Virus record (IMG/VR): IMGVR_UViG_2627854143_000002
Reading direction: 5' to 3' (one strand)
DNA from: a virus
Lineage: Duplodnaviria; Heunggongvirae; Uroviricota; Caudoviricetes
DNA: 64,000 nt
Shown here: positions 46,833-55,404 of the stretch, piece by piece
Numbering within the stretch: position 1 is the first letter of the stretch
Layout: each line of letters begins with the position of its first letter
The notes under the pieces: generated by a model
Seen by the model: the letters and a program-made list of their open reading frames with translations, nothing else
What the model was told of the DNA's origin: nothing
The model's database searches: none
Position numbers and translations under genes: made by a program

Positions 46833-47204
46833 ATGAGTGACAGTATTTGTCGCTGGGGAGGTCGCGGTGACATTGAACCCGTCGTGCATCGCTTCCAGTT
46901 CGTCACCCTTGCCTTTGATAAGTCGCAGACGGTGTTCCGGTTGCCCCAATGGCGCTGGCCGGTCATAGGCCCGTATAACGGTTTCAGCGGGGGTGCGCGA
47001 ATCCGAGGCTGGCAACTGAACCGCTTCTACGAACTGAACGGCTGGCTTCGCTACGACGACGTGTGTTCGGTCACTGGCATGGCTGGCGGCGCGGGGCTGC
47101 ACAACGAGGATTATTCAAGACCTTGGAATGCATACCCGGTCTCGAAGCGTGCACACACCCTGCCGTGCGCGCTTTGGCAAAGCGTGGGCCGCGTTTCTCG
47201 ATAG
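46833..47204 (+). CDS. hypothetical protein
   Basis: 123 aa. Confidence 0.3.
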   Translation: MSDSICRWGGRGDIEPVVHRFQFVTLAFDKSQTVFRLPQWRWPVIGPYNGFSGGARIRGWQLNRFYELNGWLRYDDVCSVTGMAGGAGLHNEDYSRPWNAYPVSKRAHTLPCALWQSVGRVSR

Positions 47205-47384
47205 TGAGGCATTGCCCGACACGTGGGCCAAGACCCTTTCATCAGATGGCGGCGTTCCGATCGCCGATCGAGATTGCGGCATCGTGCACTTGCTAGAACG
47301 CGCGCCACACCCGGCATGGGTTGTCGTGCCCGAGCAGGAGTTTCACAGTAGCTAACTCTTAAAAACGAGAACAAAGAGGACCAG

Positions 47385-47744
47385 ATGTCGTTGATCAACT
47401 GCCCAGAATGCGCCAAGGAGTTTAGTAGCCTGGCACCGAGTTGCCCGAATTGCGCCGCGCCGAATCAGGTGGCACTGCCCAACGCCTCACGCGGCATGGG
47501 GCGCGGCACAAAGATTCTGCTTTGGATCGTGGGAATTCCCATTGTGGTCATCGTTGCATTGATGGTCATAGGTGCGAACATAAGCCCCGAGGAACAGGAG
47601 CGGCAGTCTGCTGCGAGAGCGATTGATCTCTGCGACAAACAGGTCAACGACGAGTTATCGCCAGTGAATGTTCGACGGTTTGCCAGAGAGGCATGCGAAA
47701 AGATGCGATCCGACTATAGATCGAAATATGGTCGCGATTACTAG
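47385..47744 (+). CDS. zinc-ribbon membrane protein
   Basis: CPEC...CPNC plus one TM helix. Confidence 0.4.
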   Translation: MSLINCPECAKEFSSLAPSCPNCAAPNQVALPNASRGMGRGTKILLWIVGIPIVVIVALMVIGANISPEEQERQSAARAIDLCDKQVNDELSPVNVRRFAREACEKMRSDYRSKYGRDY

Positions 47745-47860
47745 CCGAACTTCTGGCATCGCGGGCGGCCCACCCTGCATCACAGTAGGCTTGCCCTTGC
47801 CGTCCAGCGTAGAAGGAACGTCCGATTTCGAAAAAGCCGAAAGGGCGTGACTCTGGCGTA

Positions 47861-48295
47861 ATGCTTAACGCAGAAAGGAAGCAGCAAATGATCCGCACGC
47901 AAACTCTAGTCGCGGCTGCATTGGTACTCGCCGCCGCTTCGACGCAGGCCGCAGGTGACCAGACCGCGCCGGTCGATGGAAGCGCCGCCGCTGCCCGTGC
48001 GCAACTGATAGCGAGTTGCGAAGACCTGAGAAAGAACAATCTTTACGGCAATGACACCGAGCGCCTGATTAACGATTGCAAGACTCGTTTCGCGGCTCTG
48101 AGTGACGAAGGCGCGCTTCGCCTCAATATTCACAATCTGTCGATGAAACTCGCGGCCGGCGCGCGGAAAGAGCTGCACGACTATGTTCGGAAGTGCATGC
48201 CGCGCGGCGACTGTGACGAGGAATACGAGCACGATCTCGCAGAGGACATCGTTAAATACGAGATGGACGTTCGAACTTACGGTGACGGGGACTGA
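47861..48295 (+). CDS. secreted protein (signal peptide)
   Basis: LVAAALVLAAASTQAAGD signal. Confidence 0.4.
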   Translation: MLNAERKQQMIRTQTLVAAALVLAAASTQAAGDQTAPVDGSAAAARAQLIASCEDLRKNNLYGNDTERLINDCKTRFAALSDEGALRLNIHNLSMKLAAGARKELHDYVRKCMPRGDCDEEYEHDLAEDIVKYEMDVRTYGDGD

Positions 48296-48450
48296 GCGAC
48301 GACGGACCGCCGCGTCTTTATAAGTTGTCGCCGACTCCGTTCTCGGACGGAACGCGAGGCAACCGTTCAACCTGTCCCCTTCGGGATGCCGGCAGCCGTT
48401 TCGGCGGCAGGTCGACACGTCCATAGCTCAAACGAGCCGCGGCCCTCCTC

Positions 48451-49386
48451 CTATACGCGTGAGTGAACTGCCCCGCGGTGATGCTTAGTGGGGGCATGTA
48501 GCAGTTCGCAGTGAGCCTGCATTGCTTCGTCGATATGCGGCAGACGAGAGGAGGCCGGTAGTTTCAGATCGTCCGAAAAGATAAAAATTTCTCGACCCTT
48601 GTAGACGCGCGAAGCGTTGTATTGGAGGTCGTACACAAATGAACGTCGCTCGCGGTAATAGCCGAGAATTTCCTCTGCACTATCGTATGAGACCACCCAT
48701 TTCCGTTTCAATCGACTTTGTATAACACCGGAAATTCGGTGATGGTCATCCTCTTGGTAGGAATTCAAATACAGTCTACTGGCCTTATCAAAATAAGGCG
48801 GATCGCAATATACGAGTGTTTCCAACGGTAGGGTAGGAATGTGTTCTTCAATGAATTTCTCAGCATCTAAATTCTTCAGCACGATGGCAGAACTGCGGGA
48901 TGCGATTGCTTCGATGCGGCGGATCAACTCGTTTCTCGGGAAGCGAGCGTCCATCTTCCATTCGCCGTCCTGCGCGAGCCCGCCGATTAGCCCACCGGAA
49001 AGTACACCGGATCGGTTGCAGCGGTTTAAATAGAACGCGCTGAAACCCACCTCAAGTTGGGAGTGCCCTTTGGGTTGACGGACGATGTCTCGGCGTCGCT
49101 TCCATTCCTCGACCGTTAGCGACGCACTGGCTACCAGGCGACAGAGTTCTTCCGGCTTAGACAACACAGATCGCCAGAACGCATAGACCGGTACTGAGCA
49201 GTCATTGAGGTGGATTTTGCTAACCTTGTTTTCAAGCAACAATTCCAGCGCAACGCCCGCGCCTCCCGCATACGGCTCGACGTAATGGCCGCCGACAAGA
49301 TCGTTGGCCTCAAGTATCTCCAAGATAAATGGAGCCAATTTTTGCTTTCCGCCCGGATAACGAAGGGGCGTGCGATACCTGCTCAT
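48451..49386 (-). CDS. DNA adenine methyltransferase (Dam/D12 class)
   Basis: YCDPPY motif, N-terminal PGGK, EPYAGGAGV AdoMet motif. Confidence 0.8.
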   Translation of the reverse strand: MSRYRTPLRYPGGKQKLAPFILEILEANDLVGGHYVEPYAGGAGVALELLLENKVSKIHLNDCSVPVYAFWRSVLSKPEELCRLVASASLTVEEWKRRRDIVRQPKGHSQLEVGFSAFYLNRCNRSGVLSGGLIGGLAQDGEWKMDARFPRNELIRRIEAIASRSSAIVLKNLDAEKFIEEHIPTLPLETLVYCDPPYFDKASRLYLNSYQEDDHHRISGVIQSRLKRKWVVSYDSAEEILGYYRERRSFVYDLQYNASRVYKGREIFIFSDDLKLPASSRLPHIDEAMQAHCELLHAPTKHHRGAVHSRV

Positions 49387-49414
49387 GTGTACGGTCCGTA
49401 GGGCTGCGGTTGCT

Positions 49415-50860
49415 TTAGTTCATTGCTTCTAGCAATGGGAAGACGTTGCCGAACAAGATGGCGATGTCGGTTGGCTGATGTGCGAACTTCGGGTTGTGTA
49501 CCAACTGATTCATGGAAACAACAGACAAAATTCCTTCCGGTTTCGCGATTTCCGTAATTGCCCCATGAAGCTTTCTTTGAACCTCTTGATCTTGGTTATT
49601 GTTCGTCAAATGCCGGGTCACGTCTCTCAGCACTTCCACAAGCTTTCTATCTGTGCCATTTTTTGTGGCCGACAGCCCGTCCGCTTTGTGATCGGTGCAA
49701 TACGCTTTAGCAGAAATCTCGAACATGCTCCGCAGCAAGAAGCAAAATGCTATTGGATTCTTTTCCAGCTTCAGATTCCTAATTTCCAAGAGCAAAGACG
49801 CTACCTTTTCTCGGTTCGCCCCTTTCGGAGCGAATTTTTTTAGAGTTCTGGCCACTTGCTTTGGATCATGAATAGCGACGGCGATTGTTTGCCGGGTGCC
49901 ATTTGCTGTGGCTGGCACAGCTTTTGTGCCGCTTGCCGGCCCGGGATTCGACGTTGTGCCGCCGCTGGGCGTTGCTGGGCTGCCAGCGTTCGAGCGGGAG
50001 CCAGGGTTGCTAGGTGCTACCCCGTTGCCCGAGCCATTCGGCTGCGTCTGCGGCACGGTTGAGGAAGGGTCCGGAATGCCATACTCAGACGCAATGTCTC
50101 TTCGTCGAAGGGACTCAAAGCGAATGACTTGCAGACCGATATCGCGGATGATGTCTTCGAGTTGTGCACGATGCGTGACCTTAGGATATTGCTTGGCAAG
50201 GTCCGTACTGTTGGTCGCGCCTAGGCGCGTCGCGATGCGCTTCGATGCCTCCTCTAGCACGCTAAGAGGATAGTCCCCAGACCAACGCTGGGCCTGCTGT
50301 TCAGAGAGGTTCTTCCCTTGCAGCAGATACTTTTCGAGCAAATCGAGCGCCGCTTCCACCGCTCCGTTTTCGTCCCTGTTGTGGCGTGCACGGGCAACGG
50401 CAGTCCAGCCGTCTCGGCCAGCCTTCTCGCCTTTACCGTGGGTGAGGCTTCGGATACGGTTGACTGTGTCGGCTTCTTCAGGCGCGTAAATCGCGCACGG
50501 CACATTTAGGTTGGTGCGCTTCCACTCTGGGGCGATCCCATCGATGCGCGTGATAATGCTTTCGGGAATCGGAAGTCCATCAAAGGGAATGATTCCGTGA
50601 ATCAACTTCAGAGCTGCAATTCGACGGTTCCCCTCTTTCACTACAAGGGACGGGCGAGCACCGGCGCTTTTTTGAACGAGGATGTTCTCGGTGGGTAGGT
50701 AACCTGTATCGAGGAGACTCTCCATCAAGGCCCAAAACCAGTCAGGTTTAATGGCGATAATTGCCTCCACCGCGTGACGCTCATCTGCCTGCTTCGTCGT
50801 GCGGTAGTTGCTAAGGTCTAATTTCAACTTTTTTACCGGCGTAAGCTCAGTAATAGGCAT
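49415..50860 (-). CDS. ParB-like nuclease N-terminal domain protein with low-complexity linker and unknown C-terminal domain
   Basis: Strong RBS GGGGAGGGGA before ATG 50860; KEGNRRIAALKLI motif; S/G/P/T/N-rich linker; the ORF could extend to 51112. Confidence 0.55.
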   Translation of the reverse strand: MPITELTPVKKLKLDLSNYRTTKQADERHAVEAIIAIKPDWFWALMESLLDTGYLPTENILVQKSAGARPSLVVKEGNRRIAALKLIHGIIPFDGLPIPESIITRIDGIAPEWKRTNLNVPCAIYAPEEADTVNRIRSLTHGKGEKAGRDGWTAVARARHNRDENGAVEAALDLLEKYLLQGKNLSEQQAQRWSGDYPLSVLEEASKRIATRLGATNSTDLAKQYPKVTHRAQLEDIIRDIGLQVIRFESLRRRDIASEYGIPDPSSTVPQTQPNGSGNGVAPSNPGSRSNAGSPATPSGGTTSNPGPASGTKAVPATANGTRQTIAVAIHDPKQVARTLKKFAPKGANREKVASLLLEIRNLKLEKNPIAFCFLLRSMFEISAKAYCTDHKADGLSATKNGTDRKLVEVLRDVTRHLTNNNQDQEVQRKLHGAITEIAKPEGILSVVSMNQLVHNPKFAHQPTDIAILFGNVFPLLEAMN

Positions 50861-51387
50861 TTCATCCCCTCCCCGGTGGGAAAGCAGGAATTGTACCGAA
50901 ATGCTCTGCCCGAGGCATTCAAAAAATCCCTGTGCACAGGCAGACGATGCCCACGGCAAGCCCGAGGAGGCTACCGCCTGCCCAAAAACGTCCGTTTTTG
51001 GATAGCTTCGGGCGGGGTGTCCAAAAACCTGCCCACTGCTTGCGAACGCCCCCTGATATTTCGCTCGTCCTTTTTGGACATGTAGGGGTTGCGGGGCAGA
51101 CCGGGCCAGCACCGTATGCCGCTGCTCGCCCGCCGCCTGTGAAAAGGCGCGCGGTTTCGCTGCAGCCCGCCGTCGGCTTAGTCATCGCAGCGCGGCTTCC
51201 GGTTATCCTCCTTCCTCTGGCTACTCGGGGCGACTGGCTGGCTGGCACCTCCGCATGCGGCGGTCGCCGGTGAGCGCCGGGCCGACCGCCAGCATCAAAT
51301 ATTTCGCGACACGGCTCTCAATATGGCACCCCGGCATCCGATAAGCAGTTGTGGGGGGCCGGATAAACGATTCGGACTGGCCCTTCC

Positions 51388-51789
51388 ATGACCAACCACT
51401 GCAAAAGGATCGTTCCACCGATGCGCCTCAAATCCGCTCTCGCCGTCATCCTCCCGGCCCTTTCCCTTGTGACTGTTGTAAGCTCCGCGTACGCGCAGCT
51501 CGTGAAGCTCCCGCCCCAGACCCTTTACCCGGAACAGTACCGAGCCCTATCGACCGCCGAGCGGCAGCTGTATGTGGCGGGGGCGCTCGACGCTATCCGA
51601 GGTGTCAACCCGCAGACCCGGGAGATGTTCAACCAGTGCCTGCCTGGTATGACGCTGGCCGAAGTCACGCAACTGGTCGATCGCGGACTCTCGACGCTCG
51701 AACCGGTCGCGCGTTCGACCGTGCCGGTGGCTGTGCACAACTCCCTGCTGGCCGAGTGCGAGCGACGTGGCTTCCGGCCGGTTGGCTGA
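51388..51789 (+). CDS. secreted hypothetical protein
   Basis: Signal peptide ending SSAYAQL. Confidence 0.4.
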   Translation: MTNHCKRIVPPMRLKSALAVILPALSLVTVVSSAYAQLVKLPPQTLYPEQYRALSTAERQLYVAGALDAIRGVNPQTREMFNQCLPGMTLAEVTQLVDRGLSTLEPVARSTVPVAVHNSLLAECERRGFRPVG

Positions 51790-51921
51790 CCCGCGCTGCG
51801 TTACACGGCAACTATTGACCTCGCGCGGGCGATGCTCGATGGGGCGCGGCGTGCCCCATGCCTTAGCGCCCGATGCAGGGGTTGATCCAATCAAGGACGA
51901 CGCGCGAGGAAAGGAAAGAAC

Positions 51922-52815
51922 GTGGAACCGAATCAGTCTCAAGACGACGAGCAAGCCGCGCCGCCAAGGAGGGTCACCTTTAAGTACCGCTCGGGGCCTG
52001 CCGCGCTGCGCTGCCTATCCGACGGTTTGGCTTATTTCGCAAATCCATCCGAGTTCAATGACTGTCTTGAAGCCCAGTTCGATCATTCGAGTGCGGCTGA
52101 ATACATCGAGCGCATGGATCAGTCGATCAGAAGTGTGGCTGAGCAGCGCGGCTGTGCTGGCGGATACGCGGTGCCGGAATGCGAGCTTGCGTCGTTTGAA
52201 GCGAAGAACGCCCGCGATAATGCAAACCTCTTCGAAGCAACCCAGCGAGTCGGTATCTATTCGACCGCGAGCAGGCCGGACAATCAACCCATGTGGGCCT
52301 ACTACTGCGACAACTCAAAGGGCTTCTGCTTCGAGTTAGAATGGCCTGACACCGTGTTAGGGCGATACCAGATTGCTCCAGTCGGCGTGCTTTATTCATC
52401 GGCGGCACGCGTGCACAACCGCGCCGAAATCTTTGACGCTTTGATCCATGAGGAAGCTGAGTTGCATCCTGATTGGTCGATGGATCGGATCCTTGAAGAA
52501 ACTCGGTCTGAATTCTTCAGGTTTCGCTTTCAGATGTTGAACACATGCCGCACGGTATCAATTAAGCACAGCGACTGGCCGCACGAGCACGAAGTCCGGT
52601 TTGTCACTCCCCGCGCCGGTCCCTTGCCGATCATGGGCCAAGTACTCAAGCGTGTTTACTTCGTGCGCACGGATTTCCCCGAGTGGGGACCGGTGATGAT
52701 GTTGCTGCATCAGCTCTACCCGAACGTTGAGCTAGCGAAGCTGACCTTTCAACATATCGAGCCATACGTGAAAGTGCAGCGCATGACCAAGAAGCTGGTG
52801 CCGATTCACGAATGA
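51922..52815 (+). CDS. DUF2971 family protein
   Basis: FKYRSGPAALRCLSDGLAYFANPSEFNDCLE matches the DUF2971 N-terminal signature. Confidence 0.55.
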   Translation: MEPNQSQDDEQAAPPRRVTFKYRSGPAALRCLSDGLAYFANPSEFNDCLEAQFDHSSAAEYIERMDQSIRSVAEQRGCAGGYAVPECELASFEAKNARDNANLFEATQRVGIYSTASRPDNQPMWAYYCDNSKGFCFELEWPDTVLGRYQIAPVGVLYSSAARVHNRAEIFDALIHEEAELHPDWSMDRILEETRSEFFRFRFQMLNTCRTVSIKHSDWPHEHEVRFVTPRAGPLPIMGQVLKRVYFVRTDFPEWGPVMMLLHQLYPNVELAKLTFQHIEPYVKVQRMTKKLVPIHE

Positions 52816-53010
52816 AGTTCGAAGCGCGCGGACCAACTGGATAGTGCATCAATTATCTCAGCATCAGGAGCTACCGAGCGACTGCTTAAGGGTGATGGAT
52901 CGAACCCTTAATGTTAGCTGCCCAATAGGGCACGACTCTAATATCTGCTTGACTCACCGCGCCACGGGGTTAATCTTCGGCCATCGTTTTCGGACATCGA
53001 TGGAGGGTGC

Positions 53011-53460
53011 GTGAGCCGAGTCTTTGCCTACTGCCGGGTCTCAACAGCCGAGCAGACCACGGACAATCAAGTCATTGAGATTCGTGCGGCCGGGTTCAAT
53101 ATCGACCCGCGCCGTGTGGTCGCCGAGCGTGTGTCCGGTTCGGTTGCCGCGAAACAGCGGGCCGGTTTCGCCAAGCTGCTCGACCGGCTGGAGGAAGGCG
53201 ACGTGTTGATCGTCACCAAACTTGACCGGCTTGGACGGAACGCGATGGATGTACGGGCGACGGTCGATGAACTGGCGGCGGTGGGCGTCCGCGTTCATTG
53301 CCTCGCACTGGGTGGGGCAGACCTCACGAGCGCGGCCGGCAAGATGACGATGACAGTGCTCTCTGCGGTCGCCGAGTTCGAACGTGACTTGCTGCTGGAG
53401 CGTACTGCCGCAGGACTCGCTCGTGCACGAGAGACCGGGAAAGTGTTGGGCCGCCCGAAG
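53011..53460 (+). pseudogene. serine recombinase/resolvase, catalytic domain (gene interrupted by IS at 53461)
   Basis: YCRVSTAEQ catalytic Ser motif; reading frame resumes at 54694. Confidence 0.7.
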
Positions 53461-53525
53461 TGTAGTGGTTCAATGCCCTTGGACGGTTCGAAAAGAAGGT
53501 AACGTGTCGTCTGGAGGGCCAAACC

Positions 53526-53828
53526 ATGGTCAGGCGTGCGTTTTCCGAGGAATTCAAGGAAGAAGCGATACGACTCGTCGTAGAGCAGGGTTACCCCTTT
53601 TCCAAGGCGTGTGGGGCGGTTGGAATTGGGGAGACAGCCCTGCGTCGCTGGGTCGCGCAGTGGCGGGCGGCGCATAGCTTGGATGTGCCCAGTCCTGCAC
53701 AACTCAGTGCAGACGCGCGCCGGATCAAGGAGCTAGAGGCCCGCGTAGCCGAACTCGAACGGGAGCGTGAAGTTTTAAAAAAATCCACGGCCTTCTTCGT
53801 CAAGGAGCTCGAACGCTCCTGGAAGTGA
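53526..53828 (+). CDS. IS3-family transposase OrfA (HTH plus leucine zipper)
   Basis: EEFKEEAIRLV, LE.RVAELERE zipper; A_AAA_AAA slip site at 53777-53783. Confidence 0.8.
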   Translation: MVRRAFSEEFKEEAIRLVVEQGYPFSKACGAVGIGETALRRWVAQWRAAHSLDVPSPAQLSADARRIKELEARVAELEREREVLKKSTAFFVKELERSWK

Positions 53829-54685
53829 TCCAGGCGATGGAGAAGGCATACCCGGTAGCGCTGATGTGTCGACTGGCTGGTGTAGCACGCAGCAGCTATT
53901 ACGCATGGAGGTCGCGCCAAGGCAGATCCAATCGCGACGCGACGGTGCTGGAAGCGGTGCGCCGTATTCATGAGGAGACTCGTCGAAGCTACGGCAGCAG
54001 GAGGATGTCGCAAGCGTTGCGCTTGCTCGGACACAACGTAGGACGTTATCGAGCACGATCGTTGATGCGTCAGGCCCGGCTGGTGCGGTCTAAGCGCGTA
54101 CATCGTTATCGAGCGGCTCAGGCCGAGAGTCTGATTGCGCCGAATCTGCTTGCACGACGATTCGATCCGGCGCAGCGCGATCAGGTATGGGTGGGCGACA
54201 TCACCTTTGTACAGACTAGGCAGGGATGGCTCTACGTGGCCGTGGTCATGGATCTGTACGCGCGCCGCGTGGTGGGCTGGGCGTTTAGTCAGCACGCGGA
54301 CACCGACTTGGCACTAAAGGCATTAAGACGGGCTTACGATCATCGTCGTCCGCCACCAGGCCTGATGTTCCATTCGGATCAGGGCTGCCAATACACGAGC
54401 ACACGCTTTCTCGCCGAGCTGCGCGCCCGTGGCACGATCCAGAGCATGAGTCGGCGCGGCAACTGTTGGGACAACGCGGTGGTCGAGCGCTTCTTCCGAA
54501 GTCTCAAAAATGAATGGATCGGCGACCAGTTGTACGTCGATCACCGCCATGCAGAGCAAGACATCACTGATTATCTAGTCGATTTTTACAACCATCGTCG
54601 CCTTCACTCGGCTGCGAAGGGACTGCCGCCAGCGCGTTTCGAAGCGCTCGCAGCCTATCCCGGAGCAGTGTCCAAAGTTGCTTGA
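53825..54685 (+). CDS. IS3-family transposase OrfB (DDE integrase core)
   Basis: DQVWVGDITFV...HSDQGCQYTS...N.VVERFFRSLK. Confidence 0.8.
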   Translation: MIQAMEKAYPVALMCRLAGVARSSYYAWRSRQGRSNRDATVLEAVRRIHEETRRSYGSRRMSQALRLLGHNVGRYRARSLMRQARLVRSKRVHRYRAAQAESLIAPNLLARRFDPAQRDQVWVGDITFVQTRQGWLYVAVVMDLYARRVVGWAFSQHADTDLALKALRRAYDHRRPPPGLMFHSDQGCQYTSTRFLAELRARGTIQSMSRRGNCWDNAVVERFFRSLKNEWIGDQLYVDHRHAEQDITDYLVDFYNHRRLHSAAKGLPPARFEALAAYPGAVSKVA

Positions 54686-54693
54686 CCACTTCA

Positions 54694-54840
54694 AAGGCAT
54701 TGAGTGAAAAGCAGGAGGCGTTGGCACTGTCGCGCCTTGCTCAGGGGCAGTCGGTGGCCGCCATCGCCCGAGAGATGAGTACGAGCCGCCAGACCATCAT
54801 GCGGCTGCGGGCGCGCGGCGATGTGATCAGCGTGAGTTGA
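54694..54840 (+). pseudogene. resolvase C-terminal HTH domain (3' part of the interrupted gene)
   Basis: ALSEKQEALALSRLAQGQSVAAIAREMSTSRQTIMRLRARG in frame with GRPK at 53460 once the IS and one AAG are removed. Confidence 0.65.
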
Positions 54841-55044
54841 GGGTGGCCTGCGGGTCCGAACTGCTCGGCCGCAGAGACCGATCTGCTTGGTCCCACAGAC
54901 CACCCTTCGTTCTCTCAGTACTCTGCTCCGCTGGAGCACAGTTCGTCGTTCTTGCAACGGCCACGGTGGCCGATCTGGTCGGCCAAATTGGCCGATCGGT
55001 CTCTTCGGTTTTGCAACCGGTTTCAAAATAAGGAAAACGTATAA

Positions 55045-55317
55045 ATGAGCACCATCGCAGGGCGGTCCTCGCGCCGTCTGTTCAAACAGTTCAGCAACGT
55101 CCCGAACGGCGTGCCGGTGACTGAATCCGGCCGAGTGGTCTATAGCGTCGAGCCATTACACGCTGAAATCCTGCTGGCACGCCGTCTCGCTTATCAGAGC
55201 CAAGACCCGCGCTGCGGTGGGCTGCGCCTCTACGACGACACCTTCTTGTCCGAGGTCCGCGCTGTGCTGTCCCGCCGACCGGAGGACATCGATCTGCCAG
55301 CTTCGTTCGAGCGTTGA
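55045..55317 (+). CDS. hypothetical protein
   Basis: 90 aa. Confidence 0.3.
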   Translation: MSTIAGRSSRRLFKQFSNVPNGVPVTESGRVVYSVEPLHAEILLARRLAYQSQDPRCGGLRLYDDTFLSEVRAVLSRRPEDIDLPASFER

Positions 55318-55404
55318 GACCCATCTCGGCTTACATGGTAGCGGACTGCATCGCGCGGCCGGGGCGTGCGCAGGCTGGAGTTCGGTATTTCAAAGGGATT
55401 AGCG

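Larger units (their letters stand above)
53461..54693 (+). mobile_element. IS3-family insertion sequence (complete, 1233 bp, TG...CA termini, 3-bp TSD AAG)
   Basis: Ends TGTAGTGGTTCAATGCCC ... GTTGCTTGACCACTTCA; flanking AAG at 53458-53460 and 54694-54696; orfA/orfB with -1 frameshift. Confidence 0.75.
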
